Of a stretch of 64,000 nt of DNA, positions 10,622-20,160 are shown piece by piece. Source of the DNA: Vicinamibacteria bacterium (GTDB lineage: Bacteria; Acidobacteriota; Vicinamibacteria; Fen-336); assembly GCA_025994075.1 (NCBI GenBank), contig JAMQGV010000012.1, forward strand, positions 21,948 through 85,947. The letters run 5' to 3'. The translations under genes were made by a program, and so were the position numbers. Each line of letters opens with the position of its first letter. Within the stretch, counting starts at the first letter, position 1. The notes beneath the pieces were generated by a model. That model made no database searches. It saw only the letters and a list, made by a program, of their open reading frames with translations, and was not told the origin of the DNA.

Positions 10622-12172
10622 CTACCCGCGCTTCCCGGTCGTGCGGCCGCCGACCGTGATCGACGCCACCCGCACGGTGGGCAGACCCTGCGAGACCGGC
10701 ACGCCCTGGCCGTCCTTGCCGCAGGTCCAGCCGCCTTCGTCGATCTCGAGGTCGTCCGAGACCATGTCGACCTGCTCGAGCACCTTGGGCCCGTTGCCGA
10801 TGATGTTGACGTCCTTGACCGGCCGCGTCAGCTTGCCGTCCTCGATCAGCCAGCCGTTCTTCACGTAGAACGTGAAGTCGCCGGCGCCGATCTGGACCTG
10901 GCCGTTCGTGAAGTTGGTGGCGTAGATGCCCTTCTTCACCGAGGCGATGATCTCGTCCTTCTTGTGCGGCCCGGGCAGCATGTAGGTGCTGCGCATGCGC
11001 GGCATCGGCGCGTACTGGTAGCTCTCGCGGCGGCCGTTGCCGGTCGGCGCCACGCCGTAGTGCTTCGCCGAGATCTGGTCGTGCAGGTAGGTCGTCAGCA
11101 CGCCGTCCTGGACCAGCATCGTCTTGCCGACGTCGTTGCCCTCGTCGTCGACGTTGAGCGCGCCGCGGGCGCCCTGCTGCGTGCCCTCGTCCACGATGTT
11201 GACGAACGGCTTCGCGATCGGCTTGCCGATCTTGTCCGAGTAGATCGAGGTGCCCTTGCGGTTGAAGTCGGCCTCCATGCCGTGGCCGATCGCCTCGTGC
11301 AGCAGGATGCCGGAGGAGCCGGCCGCCATCACCACCGGCATCTCGCCCGCCGGGGCCGGCACCGCCTCGAACAGCACCACCGTGCGGGCGACCGCCTCCT
11401 TCACCATCCGCGCGAGGCGCTCCTCCGAGTAGAACGAGAGGTCCTCGCGGCCGGCGACGTTGTAGGCGCCCTGCTCGCGCACGCCGTTCTGCTCGGCCAC
11501 GCAGCCGAGGTAGCACGACGTCATCGGCCGCACGTCCTCGACGATGCGGCCGGTCGAGTCGGCGATCAGCACCACCGACGACTCGTCGTTGAAGCTGATC
11601 GAGACCTTCTTCACGCGCGGGTCGGCGGCGAACGTGCGCTCGTTCAGGCGGTTCAGGATCGGCAGCTTCTGCTCGGGGCGCACGTCGTCCCAGCGCAGCT
11701 TGACCGCGTAGCGCGAGGCCTTCGGGTCGCCGACGTGGAAGCGCTGGGGCAGCTCGCGGGAGGGGCCGTCGGCGATCGCCGCCGCGGTCAGCGCCGCCTG
11801 CTGCAGCGCCTCGCGGGTCAGGTCCTCGGTGAAGCCGTAGCCGACCTGGTCGCCCTTGACCACGCGCACGCCGACGCCGAGCTCGACGCTCTTGAACGCG
11901 CGGTTGACGGCGCCGTCCTCGAGCATGAAGGACGAGCCGACCCGGTGCTGGAAGTAGAGGTCGGCGTAGTCGCCGCCCTTGGACAGCGCGGCCGCGAGGG
12001 CCCCGCGGATCAGGCCCTCGTCGACGCCGAAGCGCGCGAAGTAGAGCGGCGACGCCGCGCTCGCCGTCGCCGCCCGCGCCGGGCCCGAGAGCACGTCGGA
12101 CAGCGCCGAGCCGGCCAGCGTCGCGGCCCCGATGTGCAGCACCTGCCGCCGCGAGATCCCCTGTTCGTTCAT
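10622..12172 (-). CDS. tldD: TldD-family metallopeptidase with twin-arginine (Tat) signal peptide
   Basis: The N-terminus MNEQGISRRQVLHIGAATLAGSA is a Tat motif (SRRQVL). HEAIGHGMEADFN matches the TldD HExxxH motif. Confidence 0.85.
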   Translation of the reverse strand: MNEQGISRRQVLHIGAATLAGSALSDVLSGPARAATASAASPLYFARFGVDEGLIRGALAAALSKGGDYADLYFQHRVGSSFMLEDGAVNRAFKSVELGVGVRVVKGDQVGYGFTEDLTREALQQAALTAAAIADGPSRELPQRFHVGDPKASRYAVKLRWDDVRPEQKLPILNRLNERTFAADPRVKKVSISFNDESSVVLIADSTGRIVEDVRPMTSCYLGCVAEQNGVREQGAYNVAGREDLSFYSEERLARMVKEAVARTVVLFEAVPAPAGEMPVVMAAGSSGILLHEAIGHGMEADFNRKGTSIYSDKIGKPIAKPFVNIVDEGTQQGARGALNVDDEGNDVGKTMLVQDGVLTTYLHDQISAKHYGVAPTGNGRRESYQYAPMPRMRSTYMLPGPHKKDEIIASVKKGIYATNFTNGQVQIGAGDFTFYVKNGWLIEDGKLTRPVKDVNIIGNGPKVLEQVDMVSDDLEIDEGGWTCGKDGQGVPVSQGLPTVRVASITVGGRTTGKRG

Positions 12173-12277
12173 CGCGCTTCCCTTTCCTGCGGACGCGTCC
12201 GAGCCCGCCGTCCACGGCCCTGGACGAGCCGCGGCCCGAGATTCCTTGTTAGCACGCCTCGCGGCGCGGCGCGACCC

Positions 12278-15200
12278 CTACTCCGGGGCGCGAACCGGAA
12301 GCGCGCGGATCTGGGGGTCGAGCGACAACTGCTCGGCCAGTTCCATCAGCGCGTTCTCCAGCCGCGGGTGGGACTGGGCCGCGTAACAGCGGGCGCGGAA
12401 CGTGAGCCAGTCGCGGGTCCAGGGCACGTGCGGCTCCATCTCGGCGAGCAGGTCGACGCACGCGGGCGGGTGGTCGAGCTGCGTCAGCAGCCGATGCCGC
12501 GCGTCGAGCCGGGCGTCGTCCGCCGAGCGGGCGGCGAAGCGCTCGGCGGTGGCCGCCAGCAGGCGCATCGCGAAGGCGTCGTCGGCGGCGGCCGCCTCGA
12601 CCGCGAGGCCGAGCGCCCGTTTCAGGATCGCCCGCGAGGCCCACGGCTGGCCGCGCCAGCCGACGAAGGACCGCTCGAACAGGTCGATCGCTTCCGCGGT
12701 CCGGCCCTGGCGCAGCCGCAGCCGGGCCAGCAGCGCGTCGCCTTCGGAGGGGCGCGCGGCGCTCACCTCGAGGGCGAGCGCTTCCGCCCGCGGGTCGCCG
12801 GCCTCGGCCAGCAACTCGGCGACGACGGCGGTCTCGTGCAGGCCGGTGACCCGCAGTGGCTGCGCGCGCCAGGCCTCGAGGGCCATGAACAGCCGCCACT
12901 CGCGCCACTGCTCGTGGACCGCCTGGCGCACCTCGAGCCCGGCGCCGGGGAACCGGAGGCGGACCGGCGCCACGTCTTCGGTGCTGCCGATGCGCACCCG
13001 CTCCTCCTCGATCGCCAGCAGGTCGACGGGCTCGTCGCCGAGATCGGGCAGGTCGGCTTGCACCTCGGTGGCGGCCACCAGGAGCGCGTCCATCGGCAGC
13101 GGCTCGGCGAGGCCGAGGGCGCGCGCGAAGCCGAACTCGAGCGCGTTGCGGTCGTCGGTGTTGGGGGCCAGTTCCCATCCTTCGCCCACCCGCCGCGCCA
13201 GCGCCGAACCGCCCAGGTAGCGCGCCAGCAGTCCCTCGAAGCCGTGCGCGCGCCACACGTCGCGCAGCGCGGTCCGGTACGGCTCCTGCTCCAGCAGCGC
13301 CCGGGTGCGCACCGCGTCGAAGGCCAGCGGCTCGCGGGTCGCCACCAGCGCGAGGTCGGACCCGGCCAGCCGCCACGATTCGACGTGAGGGAACACCTCG
13401 AGCAGCGTGTGGTAGACGGTCGCCACGGCCTGGCCGTCGACCTCGTAGCCCTGCAGCCACTGCACGAACACGCCGCCGCGCGCCAGCCGCGCCTCGACCG
13501 CGCGGTAGTACTCGAGCGTGTAGAGGCTGGCGATGCCGGCGCGGAACGGGTTCGACGGCTCGGACACGATCAGGTCGTAGCTCTCGCGCGAGACCAGCAG
13601 CCGCTCGCGGGCGTCGCCGAACTCCACCTTCAGCTTCGGGTTGTCGAGCGCGCCGTGGTTGACGGCGCCGGCCATGCGCGCGAAGTCGAGCACGCGCGGT
13701 TCCATCTCGTAGACGTCGACCCGCTCGGTGCCCGGGATCGCCGCCATCCAGCCGGCCGACGAGCCGGAGCCGAGGCCGATCACCAGCGAGCGTTTCGGCG
13801 CGCCGTGGCGCAGGCCGCCGATCAGCCCGACCATCACCTGGGTCGAGCCGTCGACCAGCGTGTTGCCGTCGTTCTTGCCGTTGAGCACGAAGGCGAGGCC
13901 GTCGCCGCCGACGACGCCCAGCGCGGCCTCGCGGCCCTCCCACTCCGCGACCAGCATGCGGCGCGTGTCGCGCAGCGCCTCGCGCAGCGCGTTGGGCTCG
14001 GCGTCCAGCGCGATCAGCGAGCGGCCGGTGCCGATCCCCGAGTGGCGCCACACCGGTCCTGGCCCCGGCGTCGCGGCCAGCGCCAGCGCTACGGCCGTCA
14101 GCAGCGCGGGCAGCGCCAGCGCGCGAGGTCCTCGACTGCGCGCGGCGTGCGCGGCGCACAGCAGGCCGCTGCCCACCAGCAGCAGCGCCGACAGCCGCCA
14201 CGTGCCGAGCGCGCCCAGCATCGGGATCAGCCCGAAGCCCGAGGCCAGCGCGCCCGCCACGGCGCCCGCCGTGTTCCAGGCGTAGGCGAGGCCGATGTCG
14301 CGGCCGACCTCCTCGTCGGCGCGGCCGAGCAGCGCCAGCAGTTGCGGGAACACGGCGCCCGCGAAGGCCGCGCCGGGCAGCACGACCAGCGCCGCGATCA
14401 CCGACCACTTGAGCACGAAGCCCGGGAAGCCCATCACGTCGAGCCCGCCGAGGAGCTGGGCGAAGAGCGCGAGCCGCTCGCCGGCCGCGAACGGCAGCAG
14501 CACGGCGCAGGCGCCGACCAGCGACAGCGTGGCGAGGCCCGAGGCCGTCGCCTCGCGCGACGGGTCGCGCAGGGCGAGCACGACGCCGCCGAGCCCGATC
14601 CCGAGCAGCGCCATCGCCAGCACCAGGCCGAACGTGAAGACGGTGCCGCCGAGCAGCGGCGACAGCATCCGGTACCAGACCATCTCCAGCGCGAAGAACG
14701 CGAAGCCGGAGACGGCGGCGAGCGCCAGCGTGGTCGCCCGCGGCAGGCGGTCGCCGCGCGACGTCGGCAGCGGCTCGGGCGCGGCGACGGCCGGCGCCCG
14801 CGGCGCCAGCAGCAGCGCCAGCGCCGCCACCCCGACGTTGACGATCGCCGCGGCGAACAGCGTGCGGCGGGTGCCGAGCGCCTCCAGCCCGAAGAAGGTC
14901 GCGCCGAACGCGCCGGCGACGGCGCCCAGCGTGTTGATGCCGTAGAGCAGCGCCAGCGCCCGGCGCGCCAGGTCGCCGTGCCCGACCACGGCGCGGGCGA
15001 CGGCGGGCAGCGTGCCGCCCATCAGGAACGTGGGCGGCCCCAGCACCAGCGCCACGAGCAGCAGGCGCAGCGGGAAGGCGAGCGCGGGCCCGAGCGCGGG
15101 CTCGCCGCCGGCCGCGATCCACGCCGAGCGCACGGCCGACAGCAACAGCGGCGAGAGCGCGGCCAGCGCAGCCACCGCGAGCTCGAGCAGCCCGTAGAGC

Positions 15201-15409
15201 GCGAGCGGGTGCGGGTGGCGGTCGGCGCGCGGCCCGATCTTCAGCCCGCCGAGTCCGAGCCCCGCCGCGAACACGGCGATCACCGCAGCGGAGGCCCCGG
15301 TCGAGTGGCCGAACACGAGCCGCAGCTCGCGGGCCCACGCGACCTGGTAGACGAGCGCGCAGGCGCCCGAGCCGAAGAGGAGGAGAGCCGCGACCAGCAA
15401 CCTGGGCAT
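12278..15409 (-). CDS. Fused MFS-type membrane domain / spermidine-synthase-like (PABS fold) protein with a C-terminal TPR-like region
   Basis: The true start is MPRLLVAALLLFGSG at the ATG at 15407-15409. It has ~14 TM helices, then a PABS-like domain (LVIGLGSGSSAGWMAA...DLIVSEPSNPF), then a helical repeat tail. The listed 1556-aa ORF extends upstream into junk. Confidence 0.8.
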   Translation of the reverse strand: MPRLLVAALLLFGSGACALVYQVAWARELRLVFGHSTGASAAVIAVFAAGLGLGGLKIGPRADRHPHPLALYGLLELAVAALAALSPLLLSAVRSAWIAAGGEPALGPALAFPLRLLLVALVLGPPTFLMGGTLPAVARAVVGHGDLARRALALLYGINTLGAVAGAFGATFFGLEALGTRRTLFAAAIVNVGVAALALLLAPRAPAVAAPEPLPTSRGDRLPRATTLALAAVSGFAFFALEMVWYRMLSPLLGGTVFTFGLVLAMALLGIGLGGVVLALRDPSREATASGLATLSLVGACAVLLPFAAGERLALFAQLLGGLDVMGFPGFVLKWSVIAALVVLPGAAFAGAVFPQLLALLGRADEEVGRDIGLAYAWNTAGAVAGALASGFGLIPMLGALGTWRLSALLLVGSGLLCAAHAARSRGPRALALPALLTAVALALAATPGPGPVWRHSGIGTGRSLIALDAEPNALREALRDTRRMLVAEWEGREAALGVVGGDGLAFVLNGKNDGNTLVDGSTQVMVGLIGGLRHGAPKRSLVIGLGSGSSAGWMAAIPGTERVDVYEMEPRVLDFARMAGAVNHGALDNPKLKVEFGDARERLLVSRESYDLIVSEPSNPFRAGIASLYTLEYYRAVEARLARGGVFVQWLQGYEVDGQAVATVYHTLLEVFPHVESWRLAGSDLALVATREPLAFDAVRTRALLEQEPYRTALRDVWRAHGFEGLLARYLGGSALARRVGEGWELAPNTDDRNALEFGFARALGLAEPLPMDALLVAATEVQADLPDLGDEPVDLLAIEEERVRIGSTEDVAPVRLRFPGAGLEVRQAVHEQWREWRLFMALEAWRAQPLRVTGLHETAVVAELLAEAGDPRAEALALEVSAARPSEGDALLARLRLRQGRTAEAIDLFERSFVGWRGQPWASRAILKRALGLAVEAAAADDAFAMRLLAATAERFAARSADDARLDARHRLLTQLDHPPACVDLLAEMEPHVPWTRDWLTFRARCYAAQSHPRLENALMELAEQLSLDPQIRALPVRAPE

Positions 15410-15445
15410 TGCGGCGCAGTCTACCCGCGGGCCTAGAATCCCCGC

Positions 15446-18400
15446 ATGCTGAGCGCCACCGTCGTCCTCGCCCTCCTGCTCGCCGCGCCCCAGGCCGAAG
15501 AAGCGAAGAAGCCCGAGCCGCGGCTCAAGTCCGAGGTGCTGTCCGGCCTCGTCCTGCGCGACATCGGGCCGGCCGTGACCTCCGGCCGCATCGGCGACCT
15601 CGCCGTCCACCCCGACGAGAAGACCTGGTACGTCGCCGTCGCCTCCGGCGGCGTGTGGAAGACCGAGAACGCCGGCATCACCTGGAAGCCGATCTTCGAC
15701 GGCGAAGGCAGCTCGTCGATCGGCTGCGTGACGCTCGACCCCAACGACCCGCTCGTCGTCTGGGTGGGCACGGGCGAGAACAACTCGCAGCGCAGCGTCG
15801 GCTACGGCGACGGCGTCTACAAGTCGACCGACGGTGGCCACTCGTGGAAGAACGTGGGGCTCAAGGACAGCGAGCACATCGGGAAGATCCTGGTCGACCC
15901 CGAGAACTCGAAGACGGTCTACGTCGCCGCCCAGGGCCCGCTGTGGCGCGACGGCGGCGACCGCGGCCTGTACAAGTCGACCGACGGCGGCGCGACCTGG
16001 AAGCACTCGCTGAAGATCAGCGACAAGACCGGCGTCAGCGACGTGTGGTTCGACCCGCGCGACTCCCGCGTGCTGTACGCGGCGGCCTACCAGCGCCGGC
16101 GCCACGTGTGGACGCTGGTCAACGGCGGACCGGAGTCGGCGATCTACAAGTCGACCGACGCGGGCGAGACGTGGACGAAGCTGACCGCAGGACTGCCGAA
16201 GGGCGACGTGGGCCGCATCGGGCTCGCCGTCTCCCCCGTCCGCCCCGACACGGTCTACGCCATCGTCGAGGGCCCGCGCGGCGGCCAGGGCGGCTTCTAC
16301 CGCTCGACCAACGCCGGCGGCACGTGGGAGAAGCGCAGCTCCTACGTCTCGAGCAGCCCGCAGTACTACCAGGAGCTGTTCCCCGACCCGCACGACGTCG
16401 ACCGCGTGTACTCGATGGACGTCTGGATGCAGGTCACCGAAGACGGCGGCAAGACCTGGCGGCGCGCGGGCGAGAAGGCCAAGCACGTCGACAACCACGC
16501 GCTGTGGATCGACCCCGACGACCCGGACCACCTGATCAACGGCAACGACGGCGGCGTCTACGAGAGCTTCGACCGCGCCGCCACCTGGCGCTTCGTGGCG
16601 AACCTGCCGGTGACCCAGTTCTACCGCGTCGCCACCGACCACAACGCGCCGTTCTACAACGTCTACGGCGGCACCCAGGACAACTACACGCTCGGCGGCC
16701 CCTCGCGCACCCGCAACGTGCACGGCATCGCCAACTCGGACTGGTTCGTGGTGCTGGGCGGCGACGGTTTCGAGCCGGCGGTCGACCCGAAGGACCCGAA
16801 CATCGTCTACGGCCAGCTCCAGCACGGCGTGCTGGTCCGCCTCGACCGCCGCACCGGCGAGCAGACCGACATCCAGCCGCAGCCCGAGAAGGGCGAGGCG
16901 CTGAAGTGGAACTGGGACTCGCCGCTGCTGATCAGCCCGCACTCCCACACCCGGCTCTACTTCGCGGCGCAGCGCATCTTCCGCAGCGACGACCGCGGCG
17001 ACTCGTGGACGCCGATCAGCGGCGACCTGACCCGCCAGGTCGACCGCAACGCGCTGAAGGTGATGGGCCGCGTGCAGAGCGTCGACGCGGTGGCCAAGAA
17101 CACCTCGACCTCGTTCTACGGCAACCTCGTCTCGCTCGACGAGTCGCCGCTCGTCGAGGGCCTGCTCTACGCGGGCGCCGACGACGGCCTGATCTCGGTC
17201 ACCGAAGACGGCGGCAAGAGCTGGCGCAAGGTCGAGAGCGTGCCCGGCGCGCCCAAAGACGCCTACGTCGCCGACCTGCTCGCCTCACGCCACGCGAAGG
17301 ACGTCGTCTACGCCGCGTTCAACAACCACAAGAACGGCGACTTCAAGCCCTACCTCTTCAAGAGCGCCGACCGCGGCCGGACCTGGACGGCGATCGCCGC
17401 CGACCTGCCCGCGCGCGGCAGCGTGTGGACGGTGGCCGAAGACCACGAGAACCCGAAGCTGCTGTTCGCCGGTACCGAGTTCGCGCTCTACACGAGCCTC
17501 GACGGCGGCGGCAAGTGGCTGAAGCTGTCCGGTGGCATGCCCAACGCGCCGGTGCGCGACCTCGACGTCCAGCGCCAGATGGACGACCTGGTCGTCGGCA
17601 CCTTCGGCCGCGGCATCCGCATCCTCGACGACTACTCGCCGCTGCGCTCGATCGACGAGGCGCTGCTCGCGAAGGAGGCCGCGCTGTTCGCCCCGAAGAA
17701 GGCGCTCGTCTACCAGCCCGCCGTGCCGCTGGGGCTCAAGGGCAAGGCGTTCCTCGGCGAGACCCACTACCTCGCCGACAATCCGCCGTTCGGCGCCACC
17801 TTCACCTACTACCTGCGCGACGAGCTGAAGAGCCGCAAGAAGGCGCGCCAGGACGAGGAGAAGAAGAAGGCCGAGAAGGGCGAGGACACGCCCTACCCGA
17901 GCTGGGACGCGCTGCGCCAGGAGGACCTCGAGGAGGATCCGCAGGTGGTGCTGGTGGTGAAGGACGAGGCGGGCCGCGTGGTGCGCCGCCTGAACGGCCC
18001 GGCCAAGGCCGGCATCCACCGCGTGAGCTGGGACCTGCGCTACCCGCCGTACCAGCCGATCGACCTCTCGGGCCCGGGCGAGGAGAACCCGTTCGTCGAC
18101 CCCGAGCAGGGCCCGCTGGCGATGCCCGGCCGCTACACCGTCAGCCTCCACAAGAAGGTGGACGGAGTGGTCACCGAGCTGGCGGCGGCGCAGCCGTTCG
18201 AGGCCGAGCTGATCGCCCAGGCGACGTTGCCGGTCGCCGACCGCGCCGAGCTGCTCGCGTTCCAGCAGAAGACCGGCCGCCTGCTGCGCGCCGTGCTCGG
18301 CGCGTCCGAGGCCGCGGGCGAGGCGCAGCGCCGCGTCGACCACCTGAAGAAGGCGCTGCTGGCGGCCCCGGCCGCCGATCCTGCGCTGACCACCGAGCTG

Positions 18401-18715
18401 CGCGCGATCGAGCTCTCCCTCAAGGATCTGCTCGTCTCGCTCCACGGCGACGCGACCCGCGCCCGCCGCAGCGAGGCGACCACCGCCTCGATCCGCGACC
18501 GCGTCTCGCAGGTCGTCGCCGGCCACTGGTCGACGACCGGGGCGCCGACCAGGACCCACCGCCAGCAGTACGCGCTGGCGTCCGAGGAGTTCGCGCCGGT
18601 GCTCGCGAAGCTGACGGCGCTGATCGAGAAGGACCTCGCCGGGCTGGAGGCGAAGGCGGAAGCTGCCGGCGCGCCGTGGACGCCGCACCGGGTGCCGCGC
18701 TGGCAGCCGGAGTGA
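15446..18715 (+). CDS. Sortilin/VPS10-type BNR-repeat protein (secreted, ~1089 aa)
   Basis: Signal peptide MLSATVVLALLLAAPQA. Repeated BNR/Asp-box motifs (S-x-D-x-G-x-T-W: STDGGHSW, STDGGATW, STDAGETW, TEDGGKTW, SDDRGDSW, TEDGGKSW, SADRGRTW, SLDGGGKW). Confidence 0.8.
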   Translation: MLSATVVLALLLAAPQAEEAKKPEPRLKSEVLSGLVLRDIGPAVTSGRIGDLAVHPDEKTWYVAVASGGVWKTENAGITWKPIFDGEGSSSIGCVTLDPNDPLVVWVGTGENNSQRSVGYGDGVYKSTDGGHSWKNVGLKDSEHIGKILVDPENSKTVYVAAQGPLWRDGGDRGLYKSTDGGATWKHSLKISDKTGVSDVWFDPRDSRVLYAAAYQRRRHVWTLVNGGPESAIYKSTDAGETWTKLTAGLPKGDVGRIGLAVSPVRPDTVYAIVEGPRGGQGGFYRSTNAGGTWEKRSSYVSSSPQYYQELFPDPHDVDRVYSMDVWMQVTEDGGKTWRRAGEKAKHVDNHALWIDPDDPDHLINGNDGGVYESFDRAATWRFVANLPVTQFYRVATDHNAPFYNVYGGTQDNYTLGGPSRTRNVHGIANSDWFVVLGGDGFEPAVDPKDPNIVYGQLQHGVLVRLDRRTGEQTDIQPQPEKGEALKWNWDSPLLISPHSHTRLYFAAQRIFRSDDRGDSWTPISGDLTRQVDRNALKVMGRVQSVDAVAKNTSTSFYGNLVSLDESPLVEGLLYAGADDGLISVTEDGGKSWRKVESVPGAPKDAYVADLLASRHAKDVVYAAFNNHKNGDFKPYLFKSADRGRTWTAIAADLPARGSVWTVAEDHENPKLLFAGTEFALYTSLDGGGKWLKLSGGMPNAPVRDLDVQRQMDDLVVGTFGRGIRILDDYSPLRSIDEALLAKEAALFAPKKALVYQPAVPLGLKGKAFLGETHYLADNPPFGATFTYYLRDELKSRKKARQDEEKKKAEKGEDTPYPSWDALRQEDLEEDPQVVLVVKDEAGRVVRRLNGPAKAGIHRVSWDLRYPPYQPIDLSGPGEENPFVDPEQGPLAMPGRYTVSLHKKVDGVVTELAAAQPFEAELIAQATLPVADRAELLAFQQKTGRLLRAVLGASEAAGEAQRRVDHLKKALLAAPAADPALTTELRAIELSLKDLLVSLHGDATRARRSEATTASIRDRVSQVVAGHWSTTGAPTRTHRQQYALASEEFAPVLAKLTALIEKDLAGLEAKAEAAGAPWTPHRVPRWQPE

Positions 18716-18777
18716 CGGAAGAATCGACCCGGCCGGGGCGCCCCGCCGCCCCGGCCGGCCCGCCGCCTTCGGGACGC

Positions 18778-19557
18778 GTGCCGTGGAAGCCGCTGCTGCT
18801 GCCGAGCGAGCACGGCGGCTGGGGCCTGCTCGCCGAGCCTGCGCTGCTGGGCCTGATCCTGGCGCCCACGGGCTCCTCGTGGGCCCTCGCGGGCTGTGCG
18901 CTGCTCGCCTTTCTCGCCCGTCACCCCCTGAAGCTGGCGGTGTCGGACCGGCTGCGCGGCGTGCACTATCCGCGCACGTCGCAGGCCTGGGTCGCCGGCG
19001 GCGCGTACGCGCTCGCCTCCGCGGCGCTGCTCGCGCTGGCCGCCGCCCTCTCGTCGGGCCCGCTGTGGGTCCCGCTGCTGGTCGCCGGCCCGCTCGCCCT
19101 CGGCCAGTTCCTGTACGACGCGCGGCTCAAGGGCCGCGCGCTGGCACCCGAGCTGCTCGGCGCGGCTGCGCTGTGCGGCATCGCCGCCGCGATGGCGCTC
19201 GGCGGCGGGCGTTCGTGGCTGGTCGCGCTCTGCGCGTGGCTGCTGCTGACGCTGCGCTCGATCGCGTCGGTCACCTACGTGCGGGCGCGGCTGCTGACGG
19301 AGCGCAGCCAGGGCGCGAGCCCGCTGCCGCCGCTCGTCCTGCACGCGGCGGGGCTCGGCTCGGCGATCGCGCTCGCGGGCCTGACCACCGCGTCGTGGCT
19401 GGCCCCCCTCGCCTTCGTGCTGCTGACCGCGCGCGCCGTGCACGGGCTGTCGCAGGGCCGCATCGGGCTCGCCCCGCGCAAGCTCGGGTTCGCCGAGCTC
19501 GGTTATGGTCTCGTGAGCACCGCCCTGATCGCGGCGGCGCTGCTGCCCCTGGCCTGA
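18778..19557 (+). CDS. Hypothetical integral membrane protein (~259 aa, 6-7 TM)
   Basis: Only the last ~260 codons of track ORF 15409..19557 look real (GTG 18778: VPWKPLLLPSEHGGWGLLAEPALLGLILAP...). Strongly hydrophobic and helical. Begins 62 nt after the sortilin stop. Confidence 0.45.
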   Translation: MPWKPLLLPSEHGGWGLLAEPALLGLILAPTGSSWALAGCALLAFLARHPLKLAVSDRLRGVHYPRTSQAWVAGGAYALASAALLALAAALSSGPLWVPLLVAGPLALGQFLYDARLKGRALAPELLGAAALCGIAAAMALGGGRSWLVALCAWLLLTLRSIASVTYVRARLLTERSQGASPLPPLVLHAAGLGSAIALAGLTTASWLAPLAFVLLTARAVHGLSQGRIGLAPRKLGFAELGYGLVSTALIAAALLPLA

Positions 19558-19584
19558 CGGCCGTTCGACGGAGGAGGTCGCGAC

Positions 19585-20151
19585 TTGAACTGGCTCGTGC
19601 TCGCACTCGTGCTTCAGGCGCCGGCCCCGGCAGTCGCCGCGTCGCCGGCCGCCGCGGCACAGGCGATGGTCGGCAGCCTGCCGGAGAGCCTGCCGAAAGA
19701 GCTGATCCCTGCCTATCAGCGGCTGTCGCCCACGCTGGCGATCGGCGGCCAGCCCAGCCCGGAGGCGGTCGGCCGCCTTGCCGAGTGGGGCTTCCGCACC
19801 GTGATCAACCTGCGCCCGTCGTCGGAGCCGGGCGTCGCCGCCGAGGAGGAGGTGCTGCGCTCCACGGCGGGGTTGCGCTACGTCTCGATCCCGGTGACGG
19901 CGGAAACCCTCGACTGGGACGCCGCGGAGCGATTGGCCGCGGCGCTCGCGGAGTCCGCGACCGAGCCCACTCTGCTGCACTGCAGCTCGTCGAATCGGGT
20001 CGGCGCGCTGTTCGCGCTGATCGAGGCGCAGCGCGGGGCCGACGCGGCCACCGCGATCGCCCGCGGGCACAGCCTCGGCCTGCAACCGGGCAAGACCACG
20101 GAACGGGTGTCGAAGCTGCTGGAGAGCCGCTGCTCGGGCGCCGCCTGCTGA
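19585..20151 (+). CDS. Secreted DUF442-like phosphatase/sulfurtransferase-fold protein
   Basis: Signal peptide MNWLVLALVLQAPAPAVAA. TVINLRP...LLHCSSSNRVGA is a CX4R-type active-site loop, as in tyrosine-phosphatase/rhodanese-like DUF442 proteins. Confidence 0.55.
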   Translation: MNWLVLALVLQAPAPAVAASPAAAAQAMVGSLPESLPKELIPAYQRLSPTLAIGGQPSPEAVGRLAEWGFRTVINLRPSSEPGVAAEEEVLRSTAGLRYVSIPVTAETLDWDAAERLAAALAESATEPTLLHCSSSNRVGALFALIEAQRGADAATAIARGHSLGLQPGKTTERVSKLLESRCSGAAC

Positions 20152-20160
20152 CGGAGACTA

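Noticed and set aside
9245-15436. 2063-aa ORF on the + strand (and similar giants 9054..12215 -, 12249..15338 -)
   Set aside because: Extreme Arg/Ala/Gly/Pro/Asp bias with no domains. It lies antisense or out of frame to well-supported tldE, tldD and MFS/SpeE genes. This is a typical artefact of ~70% GC DNA lacking stop codons.
15409-19557. 1382-aa ORF (+) overlapping the sortilin gene
   Set aside because: The first ~1100 codons are Arg/Pro-rich out-of-frame read-through of the sortilin region. Only the last ~260 codons (18778..19557) encode a plausible membrane protein.
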